A stretch of DNA of 64,000 bases from Anaerolineae bacterium (GCA_041082215.1 JBDOIF010000091.1:9841-73840); one strand, 5' to 3'. Positions 8,179-18,059 are shown, counted from the stretch's first letter. The notes: generated by a model not told the origin, from the letters alone. Translations and numbers: made by a program.

Positions 8179-8853
8179 ATGATCAAAGTGCCCCGTCTCA
8201 AACGGAGCAACCTGCGGGAAGAGATCGTCCGCCTCATCGAAAACGCCCTCCTGGCAGGAGAACTCCGCCCCGGCGACCGGCTGGTGGAATCCGCCCTGGC
8301 CGAGAAGGCCGGCATCAGCCGCGGACCGGTCCGGGAGGCGATCCTCCAACTGGTGGGCGAGGGGATTCTGGTCAATATCCCGTTTCGGGGGACCTTTGTC
8401 GCGCGCTGGGCGCCGCAGCAGGTGGAGGAAGCGTACACCCTCCGCGCCGTCCTCGAACGGCTTGCTGTTCAGGAGGCTATCAAGCACATCACTGCGGAAC
8501 ACATCGCTCAGCTTCAGGCGACGGTAGACGAGATGGACCGCTGTGCGCAGAAGGGGGCGGTGCGGGCGCTGGTCCGTCTGGATATCCAGTTTCACGAGCA
8601 GCTCTACGCCCTTTCCTGCCATTCTCTCCTTCAGGAAGTTCTGGCCCGCCTTCGCCGACGGTTATACTGCCTGATGGCCGTGGATGAAGGATACGATCTC
8701 CACCGGGATGAGATCGCCGCCGACCATCAGCGGATCGTGGATGCGTTGAAGACGGGAAACGCAGCGGTTGCTGCGGAGGCGATCACCGATCACGTCCTGG
8801 CCGTCGGTGCAGAGGTGGCCGAGCAGATGCGACGGGAGGAGGAAGGGGGATGA
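8179..8853 (+). CDS. GntR (FadR/FCD) family transcriptional regulator
   Basis: LRPGDRLVESALA...ISRGPVREA winged HTH; FCD domain DIQFH...DHQRIV. Confidence 0.92.
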   Translation: MIKVPRLKRSNLREEIVRLIENALLAGELRPGDRLVESALAEKAGISRGPVREAILQLVGEGILVNIPFRGTFVARWAPQQVEEAYTLRAVLERLAVQEAIKHITAEHIAQLQATVDEMDRCAQKGAVRALVRLDIQFHEQLYALSCHSLLQEVLARLRRRLYCLMAVDEGYDLHRDEIAADHQRIVDALKTGNAAVAAEAITDHVLAVGAEVAEQMRREEEGG

Positions 8854-10154
8854 GGACCGAACAGGAGGTCGAACTGCCCTACGGGGCCGGGGCGGTCCGG
8901 GTCCGCCTCCCCCGGGCCAACCTGCTTGGCGTCTATCTCCCCTCCCCTCCTCCGGCGTGCACCGACCCGGCGGCGGAGATCGCGCGCGCCCTTGCCCGGC
9001 CATTGGATACCCCTCCTCTTTCGGAGATCGTCCGCCCTCACGAAACTGTCATCGTCCTGGTTGACGACCACACACGGGCCACACCGGCAGCCCTCATCCT
9101 GCCCCAGGTCGTCGAGGAACTCCGCCGGGGCGGCGTGCGGGACCAGGACGTGACCATCCTGATCACCCACGGCACCCACCGGCTCAGCACCGGGGAGGAG
9201 GTGCGGCATAAAGTCGGCGAGGCGATCTACAACTCGTTTCGTATCCTCCAGCACGACTGCACCGACGAAAAGGCCCACGTCTATGTCGGCCTGACCAGCC
9301 GGGGTACGCCGGTCTGGGTCAACCGGCGGGTGGTTGAGGCAGACCGCCGCGTCGGCATCGGCCATATCGGCCCCAGCCCCTACGCAGGCTACTCCGGCGG
9401 GGGCAAGCTGATCCTTCCCGGCGTGGCCTCGCTGGATACCATCAACGCCAACCACAGCCTGGTCCCTCTGGGCTTCCGACAGGCTGGCCGCGTTGACCTG
9501 CCCTGCCGGCTGGACCTGGAGGAGGCAGCCCGGATGGTGGGAATGGATTTTGTGCTGGACGTGGTCCTCGGCCGGGAGGAACGGCTGGTGCGGGCCTTTG
9601 CCGGCAGCGCCGACCGGGTCTTCCGCGAGGGGGTGGAGCTGGCCCGTCGGGTCTATGAAGTCGCCTGTGAAGGGGAGGTGGATGTTGCCATCACCGCCGC
9701 TTACCCGTACGACCAGGACCTCTATCAGGCGGTGCGGGCTGTGGAATACGCCGATGGGATCGTGCGCCAGGGAGGGAGCATCCTGCTGGTGGCGGCCTGT
9801 CCGGATGGGGTGGGGGGGGATGACTTCTTCCGCCTGATGGCCGACGACACCAGGCCCCCCGACGCCTACCTGCGGGATATGGTCCGGCGGGATGGGTTGG
9901 TGACCTTTGCGGTACTTGGGTATAACCTGGCGCGGATCAAGGCGGAGAAGGAGCTGTATATCTTCACCGAGGGGATCCCCGCTCCGGCGCTGGAGGCGAT
10001 GGGCTTTCGCCCTTTGCCCTCTCTCCAGACCGGGGTGGAAAAGTTGCTGGGGGTTCACGGCGAAGGGGTGAGGATCGCTGTCTTTCCTGAGGGTTCGTCC
10101 ACCATCCCCGTCTGCCGTCCCCTGGCCTGCGGGAAGGGAGACTCCGTTCAGTAG
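8850..10154 (+). CDS. LarA-family nickel-pincer-dependent enzyme with an atypical active site
   Basis: DDHTR, GTHR, HDC, AGYSGGGKLILPG, NANHS and LYQAV motifs of the LarA superfamily. Confidence 0.88.
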   Translation: MRTEQEVELPYGAGAVRVRLPRANLLGVYLPSPPPACTDPAAEIARALARPLDTPPLSEIVRPHETVIVLVDDHTRATPAALILPQVVEELRRGGVRDQDVTILITHGTHRLSTGEEVRHKVGEAIYNSFRILQHDCTDEKAHVYVGLTSRGTPVWVNRRVVEADRRVGIGHIGPSPYAGYSGGGKLILPGVASLDTINANHSLVPLGFRQAGRVDLPCRLDLEEAARMVGMDFVLDVVLGREERLVRAFAGSADRVFREGVELARRVYEVACEGEVDVAITAAYPYDQDLYQAVRAVEYADGIVRQGGSILLVAACPDGVGGDDFFRLMADDTRPPDAYLRDMVRRDGLVTFAVLGYNLARIKAEKELYIFTEGIPAPALEAMGFRPLPSLQTGVEKLLGVHGEGVRIAVFPEGSSTIPVCRPLACGKGDSVQ

Positions 10155-10179
10155 AATACACAGGAAAGGAGGTACTGAG

Positions 10180-10962
10180 ATGGGAGAGAAGGTCAGCAAG
10201 GGCCCGCGGAGTCGGATCGGCGGGGCTTCGATCGCGTGGGTCACGCTCTACGGGGCCCTGTGCGGGGTGACAGGGCTGGTGCCCATCTTCCCCTACGTCG
10301 GCGGCGGCGGCTACGTCCCTCTGACCACACCGTTCTGCGCCATCGCCCCGCTGCTGCTGGGTCCGTGGGGGGGAGTGGTTGCCGCCATCGTCGGGGGGAT
10401 CATCGGCATGTTCATCGCCCCGGCGGCCTACCCCCTCCAGGTCGTGGACGTGTTCCTCAACGCAGTGCTCCCCGCCCTCTTTGTGACCCTGATGATTCGG
10501 GATGACCGCCTGTGGAAGGTCACCGTGCCCCTCTTTATCGTCATCGGGATCATCGGCTGGCTGGTGCCCTTCTACGTCCCGGGCGCGGCGGCGGGCTTTG
10601 GCAAGGTGCCGGAGCCGCTCTACTTTCTGATGGCCGCTCTCTACTGGGTTCCCTCGACGGTCATCGCTGCCACGCCGCTGGGCACCCGGCTCATCCCCCA
10701 GTGGGTGCGCAGCAAGAACCGCGGCCAGCGGTACGGCGGCGTCTTCCTGGCCATCCTGGCCGCCATGTTCGTCTGGTGGCTGCCCTGGACCCGACCTTAT
10801 TGGTATCTGTTCAACTTCTCCGCCGAGCTGGGCGTCGCCACCCACGTCGCCTACTCCTGGTGGGTCCCTGCGCTCTCGGCGATCACCGCCGTCATCACCA
10901 TCCCCATTGTCGAGGCGCTGGAGCGGAGCGGCCTGCCCAAGATTGAAGGGGCGATCTGGTAG
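10180..10962 (+). CDS. ECF transporter substrate-specific (S) component, substrate unknown
   Basis: Multi-TM protein with LLLGPWGG...GGIIG, directly upstream of the ECF A and T genes. Confidence 0.7.
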   Translation: MGEKVSKGPRSRIGGASIAWVTLYGALCGVTGLVPIFPYVGGGGYVPLTTPFCAIAPLLLGPWGGVVAAIVGGIIGMFIAPAAYPLQVVDVFLNAVLPALFVTLMIRDDRLWKVTVPLFIVIGIIGWLVPFYVPGAAAGFGKVPEPLYFLMAALYWVPSTVIAATPLGTRLIPQWVRSKNRGQRYGGVFLAILAAMFVWWLPWTRPYWYLFNFSAELGVATHVAYSWWVPALSAITAVITIPIVEALERSGLPKIEGAIW

Positions 10963-11024
10963 CCTTTGTGAGCGGGGCTTTCCCTTCCCGCGGATCCCCA
11001 ATTACAGGACACGGTGAAAGATCA

Positions 11025-12800
11025 ATGGCAGATGAGCCGTTGATTCGACTGGAGAACGTGACCTTTACCTACGAGGGAGATGTCGTCGCCCTGCGCAACC
11101 TGAACCTCACCGCGCGCCGGGGGGAGTTCGTGGTTGTGCTGGGGGCCAACGGGGCAGGCAAGTCCACCCTGTGCTATCTGATCAGCGGCATCGTCCCCCA
11201 CATCTACGGCGGCCGACGGCGCGGCGAGGTGCGCGTGGCCGGGCTGGACCCGTGGGATGAGCCGCTGTATGTGACCGCTCAGCACTGCGGGGTGTTGATG
11301 CAGGACCCCGAGGTCCAGTTGTTCATGCCCACCCTCCGGGCAGAGCTGGCCTTCGGCCCGGCCAACCTCGGCGTGGCCCGCGAGGAGATCCTCCGCCGCT
11401 CGCGGGAAGTGCTGACCCTGGTCCGGCTGGAGGGGCTGGAGGAGCACAACCCCCGCGACCTCTCCGGCGGGCAGAAACAGCGGGCCGCCCTGGCCTCCGT
11501 CCTGACCATGGAGCCTCAGGTCCTGATCCTGGATGAGCCGACCTCGCAGCTCGACCCGCTGGGCCGCTGGGAGGTCGGGGAGACGATCGAGCAGCTCAAG
11601 CGGCAGGGCGAGATCACGATCGTCATGACCACCCACGAGACGGAGGAGGTGCTGCATCTGGCGGACCAGGTGCTGGTGCTGGATCAGGGGGAGACGGTGC
11701 TCCAGGGGACGCCTGCCGAGGTCTTTTCCCGGCCGGACCGGCTGGAGCAGGTGGGGGTCAAGACCCCCGTCCTGATCGCCGTGCGGTCGAAGCTCCTGCC
11801 GGACGGGGGCCGGAGGGGTGATCGGCCCCCAAAGGGGCTGGCCGGCCTCACCCCGCCTGGAGTAGCGCGGGAGGTCCAGGAGGCGGTCGCTGCTGGCCGG
11901 CTGGCGGTGCGGCCCGGGGAGCTCCCCCAGCCTCAACCGGTCCCCGCCGATGCCCCTGTCGTCCTGGAGACCCGCGACCTGACGGTGGAGTATCCAGGCC
12001 CACCCCGGGTGGTCGCCCTCCGGGACGTGAATCTCCAGATCCGTCGTGGGGAGTTCGTCGGCGTGGTGGGGCAGAACGGATCGGGCAAGAGCACGCTGGT
12101 CAAGTGCTTCGTCGGCCTTCTTCGACCCAGGACGGGTAAGGTGCTTTTCCACGGCGAGGACATCCGCCGCCTCTCGGTGGGTGAGATCGCCCGCCGCATC
12201 GGGCTGGTCCTCCAGAACCCCGACTATCAGCTCTTCACCGCCTCCTGCCGCGATGAGATCCGGTTCGGCCTGCAAAACGTCGGCATCCCGCCGGACGAGA
12301 TCGAGGAACGGGTCGAAGAGGCGTTGCGCCTGGTGGGCCTCCAGGAGCAGGCGGATTTGTTCCCCTTCCGCCTCTCCTTTGGGGACCGGCGGAAGCTGGC
12401 CGTGGCGGCCACCATCGCTCTGGGGCCTGAGGTGCTTATTCTGGACGAACCGACGACGGCCCAGGACCATCGGGGGCGATACCAGTTGGCCGAGCTGGCC
12501 CGCCGCTTCCACAAGGAGCAGGAAGGCACAGTACTGATGATCACCCACGACGTGGACCTGATCGCCCGTTACGCCCATCGCCTGATCGTCCTCCACCAGG
12601 GCCGCGTCCTCCTCGACGGCCCTACGGCGGAGGTCTTCTCCCAGGTCGAGGAGCTGAAAAAGAGTTTCGTGGTCCCGCCGGTGGCCGCGCAACTGGCCTG
12701 GGAACTGGCCGGGTTGGGCATCCCCCCCTATGTGATGACCCTTGAGGAGCTCTGCCAGGTGCTTGTCCCAGCCGGGCAGGCCGGACAGGGGGTGGCCTGA
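11025..12800 (+). CDS. ECF transporter fused double ATPase (EcfAA')
   Basis: Two ABC domains (GANGAGKST, LSGGQKQR; GQNGSGKST, LSFGDRR) with QDPE/QNPD Q-loops typical of EcfA. Confidence 0.92.
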   Translation: MADEPLIRLENVTFTYEGDVVALRNLNLTARRGEFVVVLGANGAGKSTLCYLISGIVPHIYGGRRRGEVRVAGLDPWDEPLYVTAQHCGVLMQDPEVQLFMPTLRAELAFGPANLGVAREEILRRSREVLTLVRLEGLEEHNPRDLSGGQKQRAALASVLTMEPQVLILDEPTSQLDPLGRWEVGETIEQLKRQGEITIVMTTHETEEVLHLADQVLVLDQGETVLQGTPAEVFSRPDRLEQVGVKTPVLIAVRSKLLPDGGRRGDRPPKGLAGLTPPGVAREVQEAVAAGRLAVRPGELPQPQPVPADAPVVLETRDLTVEYPGPPRVVALRDVNLQIRRGEFVGVVGQNGSGKSTLVKCFVGLLRPRTGKVLFHGEDIRRLSVGEIARRIGLVLQNPDYQLFTASCRDEIRFGLQNVGIPPDEIEERVEEALRLVGLQEQADLFPFRLSFGDRRKLAVAATIALGPEVLILDEPTTAQDHRGRYQLAELARRFHKEQEGTVLMITHDVDLIARYAHRLIVLHQGRVLLDGPTAEVFSQVEELKKSFVVPPVAAQLAWELAGLGIPPYVMTLEELCQVLVPAGQAGQGVA

Positions 12801-13609
12801 TGCAACCTGTATTCCGGTACTTCCGCGCCGATACGCCCATCCACCGGTTGCACCCGCTGGTGAAGCTGGCCTACGTCCTGCTGACCCTCGTTCTGGTGAT
12901 GTACCCCATCCGGGAGACCGACATGCCGGTCCTTCTGATCTGGCTGGGGTTTTCGGCACTCCTCTGGGCGGTGGGCCGGATCGAGGTGCGCCGGTTCGCG
13001 ACGTTGCTGAAAATTCTGGTCGGCACGTTTATCTTCCTGATCCTGATTCAGGGGTTCACCTACCGCTTCGGGGAGACCCCCCTGATCGTCCTCGGCCACC
13101 TCCGTCTGTGGGAGGCGGACCTGGGGGTGATCACGAAGGAGGGGGTGTGGTTCGGGCTGGTGCTCAGCGTCCGCATCCTGGCAGCCACCTCGGCGTTGCC
13201 GCTGTTTGTGATGACGACGCCGACCTCGGCCATCATGACGGCGATGGGCCGGCTCCGGGTCCCCCGCACGCTGACGTTCATGTTCGTCAGCGCCCTCTCC
13301 TTCACCACTCTCCTGTTCGAGATGTGGGGTTCCATTGTGGATGCCCAGAAGCTGCGGGCCTTCGATATTGACCGGATGAACCTTTTCAAGCGGGCCTTCA
13401 GAGCCTACATCCCGATCATCACCCCGCTCATTCTCCTCCTGTTCCGCAAAGCGAACGACTTTCAGATCGCGATGGAGACCAAGGGCTTCGGCGCGCCGGT
13501 CGAGCCGACGGAGATCGAGGTGCTGACCGCCCGCCCGGCCGACTACCTCTGGCTGGCCCTCATCGTGGCGGTCTTCGCCGGATGCACGTTTTTGAAGTTC
13601 GCCGCTTAG
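12800..13609 (+). CDS. ecfT: ECF transporter transmembrane T component
   Basis: TPIHRLHPLVKL, AQKLRA and AMETKGF coupling motifs. Confidence 0.9.
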   Translation: MQPVFRYFRADTPIHRLHPLVKLAYVLLTLVLVMYPIRETDMPVLLIWLGFSALLWAVGRIEVRRFATLLKILVGTFIFLILIQGFTYRFGETPLIVLGHLRLWEADLGVITKEGVWFGLVLSVRILAATSALPLFVMTTPTSAIMTAMGRLRVPRTLTFMFVSALSFTTLLFEMWGSIVDAQKLRAFDIDRMNLFKRAFRAYIPIITPLILLLFRKANDFQIAMETKGFGAPVEPTEIEVLTARPADYLWLALIVAVFAGCTFLKFAA

Positions 13610-13638
13610 CAGGGGTGTGTGTTTGCGACAAATGAAAA

Positions 13639-13705
13639 ACCGCAGAGGCACAGAGGGCACGGAGAAAGCCCCAGAAGCTCCACGAAACTCTATGCCCTCT
13701 GTGGT
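13639..13705. repeat. 9-nt periodic palindromic repeat (CACAGAG/CTCTGTG type)
   Basis: accgcagaggcacagagggcacggaga...ctctatgccctctgtggt; related copy at about 1600-1640. Confidence 0.6.
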
Positions 13706-13756
13706 CGGAGGCGACGAACTGTTAAGTCCCGATCATCAAGTTGAAGAGGAGCGCCA

Positions 13757-15073
13757 ATGGATGACCGACCCTTGTACAGCGAATTGATCGCTCGACTGTC
13801 CGATCTGCTGGCCCCGTGTCTGGCCCAGGACTGGCCCAACCTGCCGGTCGAACGGGCGGAGGGGGTGTACCTTTACGGCCCCGATGGTCGGCGGTATCTG
13901 GATTTCCTTTCCGGCTTCGGAGCCTGCAACGTGGGCCACAACCACCCGCGGGTGATGGAGGCAGCCCGCAGACAGATGGAGCGGATCGTCCATGCCCCCC
14001 TGGGGGTCCTTGCCCCGGAGACTACCCTCCGACTGGCCTGGGAACTGGGGAAGGTCACTCCTGAAGGGGCGGATATGTTCTTCTTCGGCAACAGCGGGGC
14101 GGAGGCAGTGGAGGGGGCGCTGAAACTGGCCCGGTATGTGACCGGCAGGCGGGGGGTGATCGCTTTCCTGGGCGGCTTCCACGGCCGGACAATGGGGGCC
14201 GCCTCCGTCACTTCCTCCAAAGTGAAGTACCGCAACGGCCACGGCCCTTTCCTCCCAGACATCTATTTTGCCCGTTTCCCATACCCTTACCGCTCTTCAA
14301 CACCCGATGCGGAAAGGTGCACTGCCGAGGCTCTGGAGGACATCGAGCGGCTTTTCGAATACGTCATCGCTCCCCAGGACGTGGCTGCCTTCCTCGTTGA
14401 GCCGGTGCAGGGGGAAGGGGGGTATGTTATCCCGCCGCGGGAGTGGCTCCTGGCCCTTCGCCGCATCGCCGACGAGCACGGCATCCTGCTCATCTTCGAC
14501 GAGGTTCAGACCGGCTTCGGCCGTACAGGCCAGTGGTTCGCCGCCCAGACCTTCGGCGTCGAACCCGACATCCTCTGCCTGGCCAAGGGGATCGCCAACG
14601 GCTTCCCGCTGGGAGCCACCGCAGCCCGGCGGGACCTGATGGGGAGGTGGGGAGCCGCCTCCCACGGCACGACCTACGGCGGCAGCCCTGTCTCCTGTGC
14701 TGCGGCGCTGGCGGTGCTGGAGGTCATCCGGGAGGAGGGGCTGCTGGAGAACGCGCGGGAGCAGGGAGCCTATATGCTCGGCGTCCTGCGGGACCTGCAG
14801 GCCCGCTCGCCCATTATGGGGGATGTGCGGGGCGTGGGGCTGATGATCGCTGTCGAGTTCATCCGTCCGGGGACGGATAAAGAACCGAATCCCGAGGCGG
14901 TCCGCCGCATCTTACAGCGGGCGCTGGAGGGGGGCCTCCTTCTGTACCCCTGCGGGCACTGGACACAGACCATACGTCTCATCCCGCCACTGACGGTGAC
15001 CCGGGAGCAGGTGGAGGAGGGGCTGGAGGTCTTCAGCCGGGCGGTGCTGGTCGAATCAGCAGGGCAGGCTTAA
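13757..15073 (+). CDS. Class III PLP aminotransferase (GabT-like)
   Basis: [40 protein letters not shown] (PLP Lys), HGTTYGG. Confidence 0.92.
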   Translation: MDDRPLYSELIARLSDLLAPCLAQDWPNLPVERAEGVYLYGPDGRRYLDFLSGFGACNVGHNHPRVMEAARRQMERIVHAPLGVLAPETTLRLAWELGKVTPEGADMFFFGNSGAEAVEGALKLARYVTGRRGVIAFLGGFHGRTMGAASVTSSKVKYRNGHGPFLPDIYFARFPYPYRSSTPDAERCTAEALEDIERLFEYVIAPQDVAAFLVEPVQGEGGYVIPPREWLLALRRIADEHGILLIFDEVQTGFGRTGQWFAAQTFGVEPDILCLAKGIANGFPLGATAARRDLMGRWGAASHGTTYGGSPVSCAAALAVLEVIREEGLLENAREQGAYMLGVLRDLQARSPIMGDVRGVGLMIAVEFIRPGTDKEPNPEAVRRILQRALEGGLLLYPCGHWTQTIRLIPPLTVTREQVEEGLEVFSRAVLVESAGQA

Positions 15074-15126
15074 GCTCGCCCTACAGCCTGTCCTGTAGCT
15101 TGTGGGCAGGCTTAAGCTTGCCCTGC
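15059..15126. repeat. Pair of REP-like palindromes between convergent genes
   Basis: GCAGGGCAGGCTTAAGCTCGCCCTAC and GTGGGCAGGCTTAAGCTTGCCCTGC. Confidence 0.75.
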
Positions 15127-15528
15127 AGTGCTGCGCCGTGCCGGGGGGATGTTCAGCCCCCCCCAGACGGCCGCCAGAAAGAGAAAGGTGAGGAGCAGGT
15201 CGCGCGGGCGGGTCTGAAGGGCATAGTCAGAGGCGTCGAAGAGGAGGTGGTTGAGCCAGACGTGTAGCTGATAGAGGGTCGCCGCTGCGGGCACTGCCCA
15301 TCGGGCCCAGCGGCGTGGCCGCCAGAGGACCACCCCGCAGGCGGTGAGCACTACCCCCCAGAAGGCCCCTGTCGCTGTCAGATACCCCCACGAAACGGTC
15401 ATCGGCAGGTCCGGCAGAAGCGCGGCATAGTGGAGTGCCATACCGGCCTTGCCCAGGTTGCCCACGCCCAGGGCAAGAAAGAGAAAGGCTACGGCGCGGT
15501 CCCACCGCTTATGCCGATCTCTCGTCAT
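15112..15528 (-). CDS. Hypothetical membrane protein (about 4 TM helices)
   Basis: Hydrophobic ORF downstream of the dehydrogenase on the same strand. Confidence 0.7.
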   Translation of the reverse strand: MTRDRHKRWDRAVAFLFLALGVGNLGKAGMALHYAALLPDLPMTVSWGYLTATGAFWGVVLTACGVVLWRPRRWARWAVPAAATLYQLHVWLNHLLFDASDYALQTRPRDLLLTFLFLAAVWGGLNIPPARRSTAGQA

Positions 15529-15601
15529 TTGTTCTCATCCAAAGGGCCGTAAATTCGGGCGACTAACTCCGGTCCTGGGTATCCATTTCCGCATCCGTGC
15601 C

Positions 15602-16633
15602 CTACGGCATCAACACGATCTTGCCGAACTGCTCTCCTCGCTCCAGGATTTCGAACGCCCGCCTGCCCTCGGAAAGCGGAAGGACCTGGTCCACTACCGG
15701 CTTCAGCTTACCGGCCCAGATCAGGCCCATCACGTCCCTGAAGTCCTGATGGGAGCCCATCGTGGAGCCGATGAGGCTGATCTGCTTGGAGAAGATGAAG
15801 CGAATGTCAATCTCGGCCTGCGGTCCGGAGGTGTTGCCGACGATGACGATCCGCCCGCCGCGGGCCACGGCCCGCATAGACTGGGCCAGCGTTGCCCGGC
15901 CGACGTTATCCACCACCACATCCACGCCCCGCCGGTCGGTCATCTTGTAGAGCGTTTTGCTCCACTGGGGGTCCTCCCGGTAGTTGAGGACCACGTCGGC
16001 TCCCAGCTCTCTGGCCTTTTCCGCTTTCTCTTCGGTTGAGGTGAGGGCGTAGACGGTGGCGCCAGCCAGCTTGGCGATCTGGATCGCCATCGAGTTGACC
16101 CCGCCGCCGGCGCCGACGATGAGGACCGATTCGCCGGCCCGGAGTCTGGCCCGGTGGATGAGCATCCGCCAGGCGGTGAGGGAGACCAGGAGTGGGGCAG
16201 CCGCGTGGGGGAAATCCCACCCATCGGGGATGGCCATCAGGTTGGAGGCCGGCACCACCGCGTACTCGGCCTGACCGCCACGGATCTGTTCTCCCAGTAT
16301 GATGTAGCCGGGGCTGACCGAAGCCTCGCCCCGACGGGTGAATTCATCTTCGGCGGTGGAGATGCCGGGGTCCACCACCACCCGCTGGCCCACCTCCCAG
16401 CCGACGACCCCCTCGCCCAGGGCGGCCACCTCTCCGGCGATGTCGGCTCCGCACCAGTGGGGCATCTCCAGGTTCAGGCCCGGCCAGCCGCGACGGACCC
16501 AGACATCGAGGTGGTTGAGGGCGCAGGCCCGCACCCGCACCAGCGCCTGCCCCGGCCCCGGCTCGGGATCCGGCACATCGTCGTAACGCAGAACATCCAG
16601 TTCACCGTGCTCGTAGAAGCAGAGCGCCTTCAT
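15602..16633 (-). CDS. Zinc-binding MDR-family dehydrogenase / quinone oxidoreductase
   Basis: ALNHLDVW, GAGGGV, VVDNVG, FGKIVL. Confidence 0.9.
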   Translation of the reverse strand: MKALCFYEHGELDVLRYDDVPDPEPGPGQALVRVRACALNHLDVWVRRGWPGLNLEMPHWCGADIAGEVAALGEGVVGWEVGQRVVVDPGISTAEDEFTRRGEASVSPGYIILGEQIRGGQAEYAVVPASNLMAIPDGWDFPHAAAPLLVSLTAWRMLIHRARLRAGESVLIVGAGGGVNSMAIQIAKLAGATVYALTSTEEKAEKARELGADVVLNYREDPQWSKTLYKMTDRRGVDVVVDNVGRATLAQSMRAVARGGRIVIVGNTSGPQAEIDIRFIFSKQISLIGSTMGSHQDFRDVMGLIWAGKLKPVVDQVLPLSEGRRAFEILERGEQFGKIVLMP

Positions 16634-16646
16634 TTAAACACCTCCG

Positions 16647-16684
16647 TTCACCAGTCACCCAGTCACCGAGTCGCCCGATCACCG
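16647..16684. repeat. 8-nt periodic repeat at a gene junction
   Basis: tcaccagtcacccagtcaccgagtcgcccgatcaccg. Confidence 0.55.
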
Positions 16685-17848
16685 AAGCCCCGTCTCCAGC
16701 CGTGCGATCACCATCCGCTGGATCTCGCTGGTCCCCTCGTAGATCTCGGTCACCTTCGCGTCGCGGAAGTACCGCTCGACGGGCAGCTCCCTGCTGTAAC
16801 CCATCCCGCCGTGGATCTGGATGGCCTGGGTGGTGACCCACATCGCCGTCTCCGAGGCGAAGAGCTTGGCCATCGAGGATTCCAGCGTGTAACGGCGGCC
16901 GGTCTTTTTGAACTCCTCTTTGGCGAGGGCGGCCTGATAGATGAGGAGGCGGCTGGCCTCGATGCGGCATTTCATATCGGCGATCTTCTGCTGGATCATC
17001 TGGAACTGGCCGATCGGCTGGCCGAAGGCATACCGTTCCCGGGCGTACTGGACCGAAGCCTCGTAAGCCGCTTCGGCGATCCCCAGCGCCTGGGCGGCGA
17101 TGCCGATGCGGCCCGCATCCAGCACCGACATAGCGATCTTGAAGCCATCCCCCTCCTCGCCCAGCCGCCGCTCGACCGGGCACCTGTAGTCCTCGAAGTG
17201 GATCTCGCAGGTGGCGGAGGCGCGGATGCCCAGCTTCGGCTCCGTCTTGCCGCGGGAGAAACCGGGCTCATCGGTGTCAATAATGAAGGCAGAGACCCCC
17301 CGATGGCGCGGCTGGGCTTCGGGGTCGGTCTGGGCGAAGAGGACGATGTACTTGGCTACGGGGCCGCTGGTGATCCACGACTTGGTGCCGTTGATGATGT
17401 AGTGGGTGCCGTCGTCGGAGAGCCTGGCGGTGACGCGGATGTTGCCGGCGTCGGAGCCGGACTGAGGCTCGGTGAGGGCGTAGGCGCCGATCACCGCCCC
17501 GCTGGCGACGGCCCGGAGGTACGTCTGTTTCTGCTCCTCGGTGCCGTAGTGGAGGATGCCGTAGCAGTAGAGGGAGTTGCAGACGGACATAATCACTCCG
17601 TGGGAGGCGTCCACCTTAGAGATTTCCTCCAGCGCCAGCACATAAGCCAGCGTGTCCATCCCCACACCGCCATAGACTTCCGGCACCTCGATCCCCATAA
17701 AGCCCATCTCGCCCATCTTGCGGATGGTCTCGTGGGGAAACTCCCCCGTCTCATCGTACCGGGCCGCGATGGGGGCGATCTCCTTCTGGGCAAAGTCCCG
17801 GGCCATGTCGCGGATCATCCGATGCTCATCGCTGAGATGCAGGTCCAT
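16679..17848 (-). CDS. Acyl-CoA dehydrogenase
   Basis: ALTEPQSGSD, GTKSWIT, KLGIRAS, QIHGGMGY, IYEGTSEIQR. Confidence 0.95.
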   Translation of the reverse strand: MDLHLSDEHRMIRDMARDFAQKEIAPIAARYDETGEFPHETIRKMGEMGFMGIEVPEVYGGVGMDTLAYVLALEEISKVDASHGVIMSVCNSLYCYGILHYGTEEQKQTYLRAVASGAVIGAYALTEPQSGSDAGNIRVTARLSDDGTHYIINGTKSWITSGPVAKYIVLFAQTDPEAQPRHRGVSAFIIDTDEPGFSRGKTEPKLGIRASATCEIHFEDYRCPVERRLGEEGDGFKIAMSVLDAGRIGIAAQALGIAEAAYEASVQYARERYAFGQPIGQFQMIQQKIADMKCRIEASRLLIYQAALAKEEFKKTGRRYTLESSMAKLFASETAMWVTTQAIQIHGGMGYSRELPVERYFRDAKVTEIYEGTSEIQRMVIARLETGLR

Positions 17849-17939
17849 TTGAGAGTCCTCCTCTTGCTGTATGGTAAGATGGACGGAAGTCAGTCGAGCC
17901 CACCGGGCCTGCAGGCTTCTGCAGGGCCGCAGGTGTCAT

Positions 17940-18002
17940 ATCCCAAACGAGATTTGGGATAAATTTGGGAAAGAGTGTAGCAGGAACCGACTTTTGGCGC
18001 AA
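17940..18002 (-). promoter_or_regulatory. Promoter and candidate operator upstream of the acyl-CoA dehydrogenase
   Basis: Minus strand TTGCGC-17 nt-TACACT; palindrome ATCCCAAA-N5-TTTGGGAT at 17940-17960 plus a third TTTGGGA half-site. Confidence 0.5.
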
Positions 18003-18059
18003 ACGGCGCTACACCTCGTTCCGTGCCTTACTGCGAACGGTCGAGCGGAGGGGTCTGGT

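Noticed and set aside
13757-15073. Aminotransferase as the missing PhnW partner of PhnX
   Set aside because: It is class III (PhnW is class V), about 38 kb away and in a separately regulated operon.
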